From the NCBI GenBank assembly GCA_964035545.1, contig OZ037767.1:25870628-25934627 (forward strand): a stretch of 64,000 nucleotides of DNA. Reading direction: 5' to 3'. Origin of the DNA: Bugula neritina. Taxonomy: Eukaryota > Animalia > Bryozoa. This document shows, in pieces, positions 32,301-51,480 of this stretch. Position 1 is the stretch's first letter. Each line of letters starts with the position of its first letter. The notes beneath the pieces were generated by a model. That model saw only the letters and a list, made by a program, of their open reading frames with translations, did no database searches and was not told the DNA's origin. Made by a program: the position numbers and the translations under genes.

Positions 32301-34742
32301 AGTAACATAATTTAGAGAAGCGAATAGTTTGTACCATATATTGTTAATCGATAGACACCACAACTATGACTCTATGACTATGACTAAATGTCTATGACTC
32401 TATGACTATGACTCTATGATTATGACTAAATGTCTATGACTCTATGACTATTACTCTAAGACCATGACTGAATGACTATGACTCTAACTCCTTGAAAAAT
32501 GCTGTGAAAGGTTGTGCAACAATAAAATTATACAAAATAGGAAGTTTCAATAGCATATTTTCACTTTCAAATTGAATGGGAAAGTTATCATTTTTCATCA
32601 ACATTTGCAAACTTTAAACTTTAAAGTATTCAATATATTTATAAATAAAAAGTTGGTGTTAACATTACTGATGATTGTACGTAAAAACTGCAGGGATGTC
32701 TGAGAGAGGAATAAGGTATCATCTGGCGCAAGGTAAAGAGAAAGGTCAGCAAAGGCAGCATGTTCAAAAAGATAGCCAGAGTAGTGAGAGAAGTGTGTGG
32801 GATCGTGATGACGATGACATTAAAATTGCATTAGGTAGGTTTCTAAAAGGTTGTATAATACACATCTGTAACCAATGTGCAATAACAGTTATATGAAGTG
32901 AAAATTTTAGTGAAACACACAAATGCCACCAATTATATCACTGCATCTTCTACAAACATACTGCTTATCCTTTAGCCAATAGATGTGAAGGTAAAAGTCA
33001 GACGCACATGTGACTAATGTTGCAACATAGTGCTATATGTAAATGAAATAAGAATATGTAATATAGCAATGAAAAGGCAAATGCATGCTACTTGCTGTGG
33101 GGCTCAAGCATTTGTGTCGCTGCCTTTATTTGTTCACAAAATTTTGAGCAAATATATATATATTATGTAGCATAATCTTGTTTTCTTGCTTGATTGAGCT
33201 GTTCAAATCCTGAATATTAGTATGCTGTACATGTATTATTATTATGTTATATACACTCACATTTTATATAGTTATAATTACAGCTGGCAGTTTTTGCTAT
33301 AATGCTGCCACATGCAATGTACACTTTATATTTCACAACAATAAACTTAACAATACACTATTAGCTTGATATATTCTAGTCCTGGTTGTTACCAATGTGC
33401 ACACAAAACATATCATTCTCTTTTCTGCACGAGATGATTGTGTGCTTGCAGGGTACCAACGAAAGGCTTTGCGTTTACCATCCCACTCAGCGGAATCTAA
33501 GCAGGCAGCTACTATGTACTCAGATATAATGAATAGAGCATCTTACGGCTCTTTAGTCAACACTGCTCAACCTCAAGCAGTCAAAACTAATCCTTCTCCT
33601 AGCAATAAGTCTCAACTGCAGAGCTGTAAGTGTTGAGGTTCTATAATATTATATAATTAAAACTTGTGTTCATTTAAAACTTCCATCTCTGCGAGAACTC
33701 CTGGTGATAAGAGATTTTAAAGCTGTGCCTCTCACTATGTTGACAACATGGTCTGAGGACCTTTCTTTAAAGAGTACTAATGTTGTGGTGACTAGATACC
33801 CTTCCTAACATCAAAGACCTTGCTATAATATGATATGAAGCCATGACCTAGCATTTGATAGACAAGTACTCTATCTACTAGATCACAGCTGCTCTATTTA
33901 TAGTATAAAATAATGTAATATAATATAACTTAATATGATATAATATGATATAATATAATAAAATATAATATAATATAATATGACATGATACGCTATGATA
34001 TATAATATAATATTCAACCCAAAATATCAATATATAGACCTAGTGCAGAAATAGCTGCATTAACTTACAATACTAATAATAAACAACAACAGAACTAATT
34101 TTTAATTCTCTTCCTGATTTAAACAAATGATACAAGCCTCTGTTTATTATTTGAATATTAATGATACTTTTGCTTATATAATAAATCTAAATGAGAACCT
34201 AACCTCTTGTATATTTGAGATATATTATAAGATGTTATGCAATTTTAGTGATTGAAAATAGAAAGCTATCTAAGCCTGAGGACTATTCATGGATTCAACC
34301 AATAGGTGCACAAGTAAGGCGAATGCCCTCACCTGTATTTGGCCGACACCATAGAAGAGGTACTAAAGTTTCCAGTACTGTGGTACTTAAGACACAAACT
34401 GCAGTAAAGTATGAACCAACAAGTAGCTCCAACATATTGTTAGTACCAACAGAAAATGATATCATTCAAACAGAGGCCATCAGTTACAGACGGGTTCTCT
34501 CACCAAAACAAAAACAAAAGTTACGAGAAAATGAATACGAAGACTTGGATGCTACAATGCAGGAAAGTACTTTAGGGTATCCAATAGTCTGTAGCAGAAG
34601 AAGGAGAGAGGTGAAGAGTGCTCCAATCTATGACCGTAAGCTATTACGACATTTGTCAACGCTAAGCAGTGCCACTATACCTACTCACAGGTCTGGCACA
34701 ATATACTTGCAGGAGAACATTAATCCTAATTATGACTTGTAA
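29353..34742 (+). CDS. Uncharacterised multi-exon protein, no recognisable domain
   Basis: Exons ~29353-29356 (ATG G), 29957-30190, 30706-30877, 31061-~31124, ~31363-31554, 31701-31814, 32694-32834, 33452-33625 and 34249-34742. Most introns are phase 1 and join in frame; the junction around 31124-31363 is unresolved. Confidence 0.62.
29630..29706. repeat. 12-bp tandem repeat (gttgctagttga)
   Basis: Directly visible. Confidence 0.85.
32364..32490. repeat. Degenerate (ctatga/ctctatga)n tandem repeat
   Basis: Directly visible. Confidence 0.85.
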
Positions 34743-35647
34743 GAGTTAGAAAACCTTTAATCTCTGCAAGCTACATAATTTATCAATGGTGACGTCAGTT
34801 CCGAACTTGATATTTAAAAGTAAGAGAAGAATTCAATACAATTTCGATATTTTTATTGCATGCTGAATAATACTTACGTACATTATTTTGTCATCAACAT
34901 AATTATTATTTCATTTCATGTAATTTTTCTGTATATTATAACATCCCAACAATACACTGATGCTAGTTGTTAAGTATAAAGTTGATGGCACAATAAAATG
35001 TTTTTATGCAAGTATTGTATTTATTTGCTCATATACAAAGAATATATCTGCTTATAATCATTTGCACACATTTCATAACAACTAACTTAATAGTCTGAAT
35101 TAGAGAAAATTCAAAACAACAATGAATTAAAATATTATTAATTTCATAAAAAAAATTAATGTACGAATATAAATTCAGGCCAAAGTATATAAATTCATGT
35201 TTGAAACTATGCAGATCTCAAAAAGCTGGGTTGCATGAAAGATGCCAGGAATGTCAATAACCTGAACTGTATCAAAATGCTACAGGCTAAAAATACCAGC
35301 ACAAACTATACTAGCGCATCACATCAGTTTCAGATGATGTGAAGTGATTTTAATGAGAAATAGCAGAAAATAATATATCGATGTATACGTAAAACATGGA
35401 ATATCAAAATAACTTTTAGTTGAATGAGGTACACAAATAGCTGCCAGAAAAACAAAAAACTAATCGATTGGTTTAATATACATTAAAATACGTTATTTAC
35501 TTCTAAGCTGGAAGACTAACACAAGTTACATATAATAATAATATATTACAGTAAAGGGTAGTTCAAATTTAGCTAGTCACATTCCATGAGAGGAAAATTC
35601 CTTATCCGCCAGCAGAGTAATCACAATGCAGTATATAAACTATGCTG

Positions 35648-37945
35648 TTAACCCAAAGTGTCAATTGAGTCAGTCGGCTTTCCCTGACAGGTTTTCTTCA
35701 TCATTTGAGCCAACATGGAGTTACACAGAGCTGCATAGGGATTCAGTTCTACCAGCTGTTTCTTAGCAAACGGGCTGCCAAGGTCAGCTGCCAACTTGAA
35801 ATCAGCTCTACATCCTTCTTCATCTCCTTCAAACACAGAAAGTAATATTTTACTACCATAGAACTGTGACTTTAAATGAGTCATAAACTAGCATAAAATT
35901 ATGCGCGTGTGTACATGTATGTATTTCATATTCAGTAAAAGTAATAGATACAAGATCTTTATATTGGTTATATATAATAGATGATGAGGGTTTATGAGCA
36001 CATTGAGATGCACAATAGCACAACCAATTATGTGAACAGTTCCTTTAGACATAAATGTGAGATACACTCGCTAACCTTGATATCATGAAACTAGTGAAAA
36101 TATTACCTTGGAGTCGCTTTATCATGGCTCTCTGAGTGAACGCCTGACAAGCTGCAGCTCCACAGCCTCCACTCATAGTTATAGCTGCTTCAAGGTCTTC
36201 TAATGACTCTGTTAATCATTGACGTAATTATATAACAAAAGTTGATAATACGTCAAACATAAATTTCCATAATGCAAACATAATTTGATAATTTCCAAGT
36301 GAGTAAATTGACTTTATATTGTAGTTTGGGTCACAGCAGAGCCAATAGCACACTGGACCAGCTGAATAAAGAGGTTGAGCAGTTTCTGTCCCGATTTGAA
36401 TATCAATCTAAAAGTTGGTTAGCGAGATTCCCTAGCTTTCATTTCAACCGAGCATGTGAGAGCTTAGAGTGTAGCTCTAACACATGACTACAGATTCATA
36501 ATTAAAACAGAAATTACACAAGTTTATGGATTAACATTTTTGGTCCAAGAACTAAAAAAAACTTTAAATTCAAAATGTTTATAAGATCGTCATGAAAAAA
36601 CCAAGTAAATTTGTTCATGTTGTAGCTCTGCTGAAAAAACAATAGTAATGGCTAAACTTAAGACATTTCTAGTCAATAAATGATTTCAGCAATATTGGTA
36701 AAAGCCATTGAAGTAGCAGAAACAATATGAAGGAAGTTGGAGAGCAAAAAACTTACTGTCCAAGTTGCCTTTTAGTCGCCATAACTGTGCTCGGTTATTG
36801 TAGCCTGCAGCCTTTTCAGGCAGTAAAACAATAGCTTGATCAAACAATTTGAGGGCGTCTTCCAGGTTCCCCTTTTCAGCCAACTCTACAGCTTTTTTCT
36901 CTAACTGCTTCCATTCTATACTCACTGAAACGATGATAATACATATATCAAACATAACATACTTGAAAAAATAATTTAGATGATTCAAACTAAAATAAAA
37001 TTTTATTATTTTAAATCAATAAAAAAATTTACTTGATCATTGCTGTATCGACTAAATGAATGACTAGTCAATACAAACTGAAACTGACTTGCTCTAACTC
37101 AAGCCATTGCTCGAAATTATATTCATTTTGATCTGATTTGTAGCAAAAACACTTTACTAAAATTAAAACTAACATAAGCCTAAGGCATATTCATAATGAT
37201 AGGGATAATTGTTAATTCAAGTTTAGCAACAGCAACGGGAAGAAAGAAAATGAGATTCAGGGTCAGATAGAGATTCTGTAAAGTGTAAAGACTAAAGAGT
37301 AAAGGAAGGTTTAAAACTAAGAGAGGAGTCAACTGTGAAGTAACACTAACAGTAACAGTAATACTAAGTCTAACTGTCTTAGTCCTAACAGTATCCGCAT
37401 GACTTAGAGTTAAACCAAGAGTAAGAATATCACTATGAGTATGAGACCGACACAGTGACTCTGAGTAAGATAGTCATAGTAATCATAGTGATAGTGAGTA
37501 TAAAAAGTAATAGTATAAATATAATTATGGCTTAGTCTTATCATTATGATTATCATTATGAGCAAGAGTAACACTAAGTGACTAACGTCAACGAACAGTT
37601 AGTGTTACAGTTACACTTTGACTTGGTAATAGTTAGTCTAAGTCTTACAGCTGACTTAGTGTTACTGTTAGTGTTACACTTACACTTACAGTTACAGTAG
37701 AACTAGACGTAGGCGCACCCGCACCGCGTAGCTGTAACACAGTTACAGTAACACTAACTGTAAGTCAACCACAAACAAAATAATCTTCTACCTGCGTCAT
37801 TATTTTCAGATGCATGACAACTGAGGCTGCAAAACTTAGGATTTTGTGCCTCTTCATTGTATGAAGGTTCTTGGCTGAATATACTCTGTATAACCAATTT
37901 ATCACGATTGTTTAGTCTTGGTTGTGATCTACTGCCGGAAGCCAT
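35648..37945 (-). CDS. TTC36: Tetratricopeptide repeat protein 36, 4 exons, ~200 aa
   Basis: Exons 37945-37792, 36924-36757, 36208-36107 and 35826-35648. Motifs: GYNNRAQLWRLKG, ACQAFTQRA and the diagnostic DFKLAADLGSPFAKKQLVELNPYAALCNSML. Confidence 0.92.
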
Positions 37946-38280
37946 GGTGGTTAAAGCTCTACAGCGACGTACTAAAATAATATAGTCTTAAAACGGTCAT
38001 TTTTAGGAATCGGTTTTCTACCTCTGAATCGTCATAACAGGCCTCTCCTTGACACTCGTGACTGGGAATCGTAGCTTTTTCATGAAATAATGGAAAATTA
38101 TCATTACCTATTATTATAATACATTCAACATTGACCTTGTCGCCGTCTTTATTACTCATTTATTATGATCCATAACTAGATCATATTTCAAGATTGTCTG
38201 TACCTTCTTAAACTCCAAATTAGTGGTTATAATCTCCTAGTAAACTCGGTCTCTCACTATCAGTATCACTATCAGTATCT
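37946..38280. promoter_or_regulatory. Probable bidirectional promoter / 5' UTR region between TTC36 and the Polyhomeotic-like gene
   Basis: Head-to-head gene arrangement, locally more CpG, and a + strand donor atct|gtaagt at 38280 that could end a non-coding first exon spliced to the acceptor at 39648. Confidence 0.45.
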
Positions 38281-38840
38281 GTAAGTGTAAGTTTGAGTTT
38301 TCAAGGAAATTGAGATTCTTAAAAATCGATCCATCATAAAATTGAATGTCTTTATTCTTAATATTTAACTATTATTCTATAGATTATCATTATATTTATA
38401 CTATTATTATTAATTTTATAAGATAAAAATACATTTATTCTATGACTTAAACGTACTTTTAGAGTTAGAGTTAGTCTTAGTATTGGACAAATTGAAATAC
38501 AATTCAGGCTGAAGTCAAGACAAAGTTAAAGGCTGAGGGCAATGGCGTTAATAGTGATGGTGATACTTAATAAATTATCATTAAAATGTAAATGCATTCT
38601 GTATAATATGTTTTTTAAAGTAACAATCCTTGTTCTTTATTTTATCTTAAATTATCTTGAAGACAAGTAAAGTATCAATCGCTCTAAATTTGTGATAAAC
38701 ATTATTATCTTTATTGTAAATATATTCTTTATTTTATTGGTTATTATAATTATATGGTTTAATTGACAAATTTCTTCAACTTTAAAGGGAAATTATTATT
38801 ATATTTATTCAACGTTCAACATCATTATGATTATGATTTT

Positions 38841-39073
38841 AGGTATAAATGGCACTGGTAAAAATATTACAAATGGAAAAGCATGTAAAAATGGCACACT
38901 GTTGTTAAATTTTCCCAAACCCAACCCTTAAATTAAGCCGCTTAAAACCCAACCCCATTCTAAACCCTAATATTGAAAATGTGCTATTTTTACCTACTTT
39001 GCCATTTGTGTCATTATTACCTGTGCCATTATTACCTGTGCTAGTTTTACCTGTGCCAATTTTACTGGACACC
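38841..39073 (+). mobile_element. Non-autonomous repeat with inverted arms made of 15-bp subrepeats (ggtaaaaatggcaca / tgtgccatttttacc)
   Basis: The 5' arm 38841-38898 is complementary to the 3' subrepeats; the 3' half is shared with 7405-7525. Confidence 0.72.
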
Positions 39074-39660
39074 TATGATTATTATCAAGGATTTGCTGCC
39101 TTGCCCTTTGGTTTAGATATTAACATTCCACACCTACATTAATCTTTTATGACAAAATTAGTGTAAAATACTTATAATATTATAGTCTTTTAAACTATTT
39201 TAACATAGAAATCATCTTTTTTTCAAAACTTTATATAAATTTTTAGAATATTTTGAATGGTCTCTGCAGAGCATTAGTGAAGCTGTCTATTAGTTTTTAT
39301 ATTTTTTGTTAGTTGTCAAGCTGTTGTCTAGAATTGCAATTGTAAAGTAGTTATGCTGCAAGATTTTATAAAAGTTGCAGAAATGATCACATTCTTTATC
39401 TCATTTGTTGGGGTAGGCAAAACATTTGGCTTATCTGAAACTTAAATTTTATGTGTTGCTCCCTGGCTTTTTCTTGCAGCTCTAATAAACAAAAATAGGC
39501 TATGCTAAGCCACAATTTATAAATGTTTTGTTCATCTTATATATTATTGATATAATTTACTGTGGTTGATAAATACATTCATCAACTTTTTGTAAATAGT
39601 TTACATAAATAGTTAAATATTATATAGCTTCTGTGCCATTCTCTGTAGAATCTTTGTAAA

Positions 39661-42480
39661 ATGGATGAACCTGATTCACTGGTGATTGACGAGGATTCTC
39701 ACCCCTCATCTGCTGTTACAAATCATGACGTTCACAATGATGGCGGTGCTGATGAGGATTCGGATGATTTGCAGTTTGTTGATGATTTAAATGATGAGTC
39801 AGACGCAGCTGATCGACTGACGTCAGCAGCAGATGAATGCAGATCTAGTTCCAAAATATCGTCAAACTCGGACTTGTCTTCTGAGCAAATGTTGACAAAT
39901 TCTGCATCAACTGCGGAATTGACAAATCAACTTCTAGTCAGTTCTACCGGAAACTCAGTTGAACAACCGCGTGTTGATGCATCTGAACAAAGCATGCCGT
40001 CGTCTGCTAAACCTTCATCTAATTCTCAATTAAAAATGGATACCGCGCAGGCAGAAAATCAGATCTTAACACAAACAGTACCAGTTTCCCGCCAGAACAG
40101 CTCAGACAATGATGGCGGAGGTCAAAATAAAACTGATCAAACAGCCAGTAATGATAAGCCTACAAGTGTCGATCCGATTATCAAGCACTTCATTGATGGT
40201 CTGATAATTGAAGAATCTACCGAACCCTTTCCGGTATGTGTTACGTGTTACTAATCACTTATTCCACTTCATCGCTAATATATTATATTTCTAATATATT
40301 ATATTTCTTTCTCCTTAAGTCTTGGAACTAATAATGAATTTTTATAAGCATATTTTGAGGCAAAATCAACATATGTAACAATCTTTATCGAATTTATGGA
40401 TTATGTTAGTATTACTGAATTTTTTGCCATGATAGAAATTGAGTTTTGTTTACAGGTGCATAGGTCCTCACTCATCACAGAACTTCTGCAGCAGACGAAG
40501 AAGAAGATTAGCAGACGTCGAACTACCGGAGGTGCTATCTCACAGTCAACTCATCAAAGAGGGGCAGTATCAAGACCCACCCCACCCATCACACCTCAAC
40601 CTTCCAACAGAGTACAGTCACAGTCTACTGCTGCTGCCACACCCTCTAATAATCTTAAAAGAAGTGCCTCTATGGAAAGTGATGAAATAAAAACTGCTGA
40701 TAATGATGGAGGTATACGGGTTTCAGTTCATACTTTTACTCCAGCCTCTATGTACTACTTAGTACTATTAACTCACTTGGTGATTGACTGAAGCATAAAA
40801 AATAGGATTTTAGTTGAAATATAGTTGTTACATATCTGATAATATTGCCTGGAAATTGTCACTCTCATCATTCCTTAACTGAGGTTGCTGTCTCACACAG
40901 CAAGGTTTGTTTACTTTGCCTATTTTTAAGTTAAGGCTAGTATTTCACAAGTTATGTAATTTCAATAAACTGTTAGCTTTCTTATTACTAAATAAAAACA
41001 TTTAGCTGTGAGGGCTCATATGAACCTGATGACCATGATGACCTTGTTGGTGTAACAGCTCTGTTTCTCTTGCAGACGAGTCTTGCATGACATGTGGTGG
41101 TCCGTGCGGAACCCGACTCGGCTACTACAGAAACCAGCCATACTGTTCGATTGCTTGTATCAAAGTTGAGAAGAGTAAACTGTATAATAACCCTGATGCC
41201 CCGCCTCCTAAGAAAGGTCGTCCGGTTGGTGCCATGACTCGCAACAAACCTACACACAGAAATAGTGGCAAACTAGCAAAAGTAATAGTGAGTGTTGTTC
41301 AATGTTGTACCTAATCTAGTGCTGAGTTTAGTTTTTGTCTTGAGTTGATGCACCGTGGAGTTTTGACAACTTTGCTGACATTGCATTTGCTTTTTCCGAC
41401 TCTTCAGAAAATTTTATGAATGCCAACTTGAGTAAAATTTTGAGAAATTAAATAAAAACCTGTCTTGCACCTTTCTTTGACTGTTTTCGAGAACTTTATG
41501 CTTTTTCTAACAAGTTATGGTGTGCCGTTGTATTTTCATCTACCTTCTATTGCCTTGTTTTCTTTAGCATTGTTTTACAAATCAGCCAACATATTTCCAA
41601 ATGTATTTAAAAGATAACAAAAATAAGACTTTTGTAAAGATTTGTCAGCAACAACTATGAATATGACCCACAAATTGTCCTGTGGGTGAAGATGCCGCAA
41701 CTTTTGTTCACTTGGCGTGTTGTAGTCATGAGTCATTTAAGCATTTGTTTTGCTGTTTCTGCTTTCAGTTCAGAAGATACAGACCTGCTAAGAAAGATGC
41801 CAGTAAGTTACAGATGCCAGTGCCTGTAGTAAAGCAGGAGAGGGACAGTGTGACACAATTCAGCTACATGAATGGCCGATTCCCCTCGGAGAATGGTTAT
41901 GAGTCTGAAGATTCTGCCTTCACAGGATCAGAAGACACAAATGGAAGCGGCTTCAAGAGATCTGATATCATGCATTGGACTGTAAGTGGCAATAGTTGTG
42001 ATGGAGGTGATAGTGATAGTCAATGTAGTAGTTATGGTTATAGTGAAGGTAGTAGTGATAGTGGAAGTGGTGGAGCTAGGAGTGGCAGTAATGGTTGACG
42101 TAGTGGAGGTAAGAATGGGGTAGAGTGGAAGTGATGAATGCGGAGCTAAAAGTGGTAGTGATGGTGGTAATGATGGAGCTAGGATTGGGAGTAGAGTGAT
42201 GGTGAGATGAATTAGAAGAGCACTATAATATTGATGATCCTAATAGTTAATAGGATGGTGACATGTCAAAATAATTGTGTTACAGATTAGCGATGTTCGA
42301 GATTTCATACAGTTACTTCCTGGATGCGAGAAATATGCTCTGGATTTTGAAGAGCAGGAGATTGATGGTAGAGCACTTTTGCTGCTAAACCTGGACCACC
42401 TGGTGAACGCCCTGAACATCAAATGGGGACCAGCTCTGAAGATACACAATGAATTGAACTCCTTTAGGTATAATACTTAA
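39661..42480 (+). CDS. Polyhomeotic-like Polycomb group protein (HD1, FCS-type zinc finger, C-terminal SAM), 5 exons, ~480 aa
   Basis: Exons 39661-40233, 40456-40711, 41076-41281, 41769-41981 and 42286-42480. HD1-like HFIDGLIIEESTEPFPV; finger CMTC...YCSIAC; SAM WTISDVRDFIQLLPGC...QEIDGRALLLL...GPALKI. Confidence 0.85.
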
Positions 42481-44432
42481 TCTTTTGTATTCGGATTAAA
42501 ACTTGTTGCAGAAAATCTTTAAATTATTTTGGTATTGTAAAACAAAGATATTTATTTTAACTAGTTGCAACAATAAAATTATTTCAATGTAAAACCCTGC
42601 TAAATTTATTCTAGATTTATGACTCTATGATGATTTAAAGTAAGCTAGGCTACACTTCTCCCCATATTTATTTCATCCATGTGTACTTGTTACATAACAG
42701 CTTGTTTAACAGATGAAAAAAGCAGTAGCTTTATTATAAATAGGGCAATTATGATTTTTGAAATAGTTACATAAAATTTATGGTATTTAGTAAAAGGATG
42801 TGTAATAAGTTATGTTGACGCAGCACACTGTTAGTCAAGACATTGTTCAGTGCCATATTATTTCTTATTCCATTTTATTTTTAGGTAGGAAATGAAGTAC
42901 GGGAAAGAAGATCTCCTCTACTCTCTCTACACCTCATTGCTGTCATAGATATCGGCATCATGTTTATTCAATATCGATGTTCAGACTTGTACATCTTGTT
43001 TATATCTCCTCTTACTATTCAGTAGTAGTAGTAATAGTAGTAGTATAATAGTTATATTAGATAAAGTCATACTGTATAAAGTATTTGGTTATGACTAAAC
43101 TGGATCTCATAATTTCTCCGTAATTGCTATTCACGGTAGACATTATTAGTTGTTGGTGGTTAACTAACAGGAATATTAACAGTCATATGGTACGTTCTCC
43201 TAGAGGTACTGTAAATTCTCAACAAGTTGCAGCTCATAAGGTTTTGGTGAGCTTTTAATGCTAGTTGGATGTAGAGTGTTCAATACGGTATATAATCAAC
43301 TGTATGCCTGTTGGTGTTCATCATATATGTTATAAATACTAGTCAAGCGTTGTAATAGTACTTTGATAAAGCTATTTAGAGACAAATTTTATAAAACTGT
43401 ATATATAAAGTTAGTAAATGCATATTTTAGCATAATTTTAAAACTTCAGCCGGCTTATAAATTTCCTATAACAAAACTTTTGAATTAAAGTTATATGAAG
43501 CCAATAATTTGATGCATTTATAATAATTAGAAAACCACCCTCTCTCATCTGATGTATATATAGGAGTGGATGACTCCAGTAATTGTAATTATGCAGTTCC
43601 TCCTCTTACGTAACAGTATTATATTTTCATACAGCTGTGTATTATCTGGTAATATCCTGTACACTCTAACCTACTGTTGTTTTGCCTTCCATTATTATAT
43701 CTTATGTAATTTGTGCATACAAATATTTCGTATTACTTTGTATTACTCTTAGTGTATGTTTGGTTAGTGACTCTCTCAATCACTCTATCCTATCTGTCTG
43801 TCTGTGCAGTTCAAGAAATAAATTGTATCAATTTAAATTGTTCAACTCATTCTATTCAACTAATAAGATATTGTTTATAATAATGGCAAGATAACTCATA
43901 AATGCAAGATTTGGAAATGTTGAGGTATGGCAATGCTCAATGTATAATTTATCAGCGGAATAAAATTTTGTCACACGCGTCATGTGACTGAAGAAATGTT
44001 TAGTCAAAGAGTTTAGCTTATGTAGTATATTAACCAGAATCATACAAAGCAAATGTCAAGTTTTCTTGTTGATATTGTATTTAAATTCCATATCATTTAA
44101 TTTTAAAAGTAGCTTCTGTTGAGGCTGAAATAGTGTAGGAATTTAAAACCATTCTTAGGTTGATGGTGCTAAAGAGTCTTCACAAATGTTCTCAACTTTC
44201 TTGCTTAACGATTTTGATACAAATCTTGAAATATCAACTTTTAGAAAATATATATTTATTTTCATATTAGTTGTTAAACAAGTCTAAAGACACACTAGCC
44301 TATTTTCATCTTATGTTATGAATTACGTTCCATGTAGCATTTCATTAATCGTCTATATCAGTTCTTCAAATACCATAACTTAATATTCAAGCTCTGCCCT
44401 GACAACCAATGTATTTGAATAATAAATAAATG

Positions 44433-50683
<6,251 letters not shown>

Positions 50684-51480
50684 TTTTCCTGTGTAGTTGA
50701 ATAGAACAGTTTCGTATACAGTCACGTATATAAGTATAAACAGCTACTGGTTAAATAGATATACACCAACTATAGACAAATGTCTTTTCAAACTTTACCT
50801 TTCAATTATTATCAAAATAAGAAACCTGTTTAGAGATAAATGCTAGAGGTCTTGTATACATGTCTTATCTTTAATATTGTCTCTTCCCAGATAATACCAT
50901 CGGTTAGTTTGGTTGGTTCCCCTGCTCACCTCATGCTGGCAACATTTATATAACTTTTTTTTTATCTCTATAGCAGTAGATGAGATGAAACTATACTAAC
51001 CCCATAATGCTTAATGGTAGCATAATAACATAATTGTAGCGAAGTTAAGTTGCGTTTTAATGGTAAACAGTAGTCTCTTTCCTTATAATATAGTGTCTCC
51101 TATGAAGATAAGGAGACAACCACTGCATGGGATATTTGCTCACGAACGCACACGCATGTCAATCTGTTTTAAATGAGATTGAGACAGATTTTATTGAAAT
51201 ACATCACAAAACTAAATTTCAGACTTGATTAAATTGCAGAGTCTGTAAAATGATCATTTTGATAAAGTTTTAGCCATCTAGATATGTTATGTTGCTAAAT
51301 GTTAATTAAAATATTAAAAATGTCAACTTCTTTTCAATATGGCTGACTCTGCAAAAACATTGTTGTGCAGCTCATGCAACTGAAATCACATCTCCAACGA
51401 AGATGTAAATATTATTGAAGTTTTATAAACAACATGTCATATACGAAATATTAACAATAAATACAAATAACAAATAAATG

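Noticed and set aside
37959-38159. 66-aa minus-strand ORF just upstream of TTC36
   Set aside because: No recognisable motif and it lies in the presumed promoter/UTR; at most a uORF, unsupported.
38905-38970. Telomere-like aaccc/taaaccc motifs
   Set aside because: Few, irregular, and part of the dispersed repeat shared with 7405-7525.
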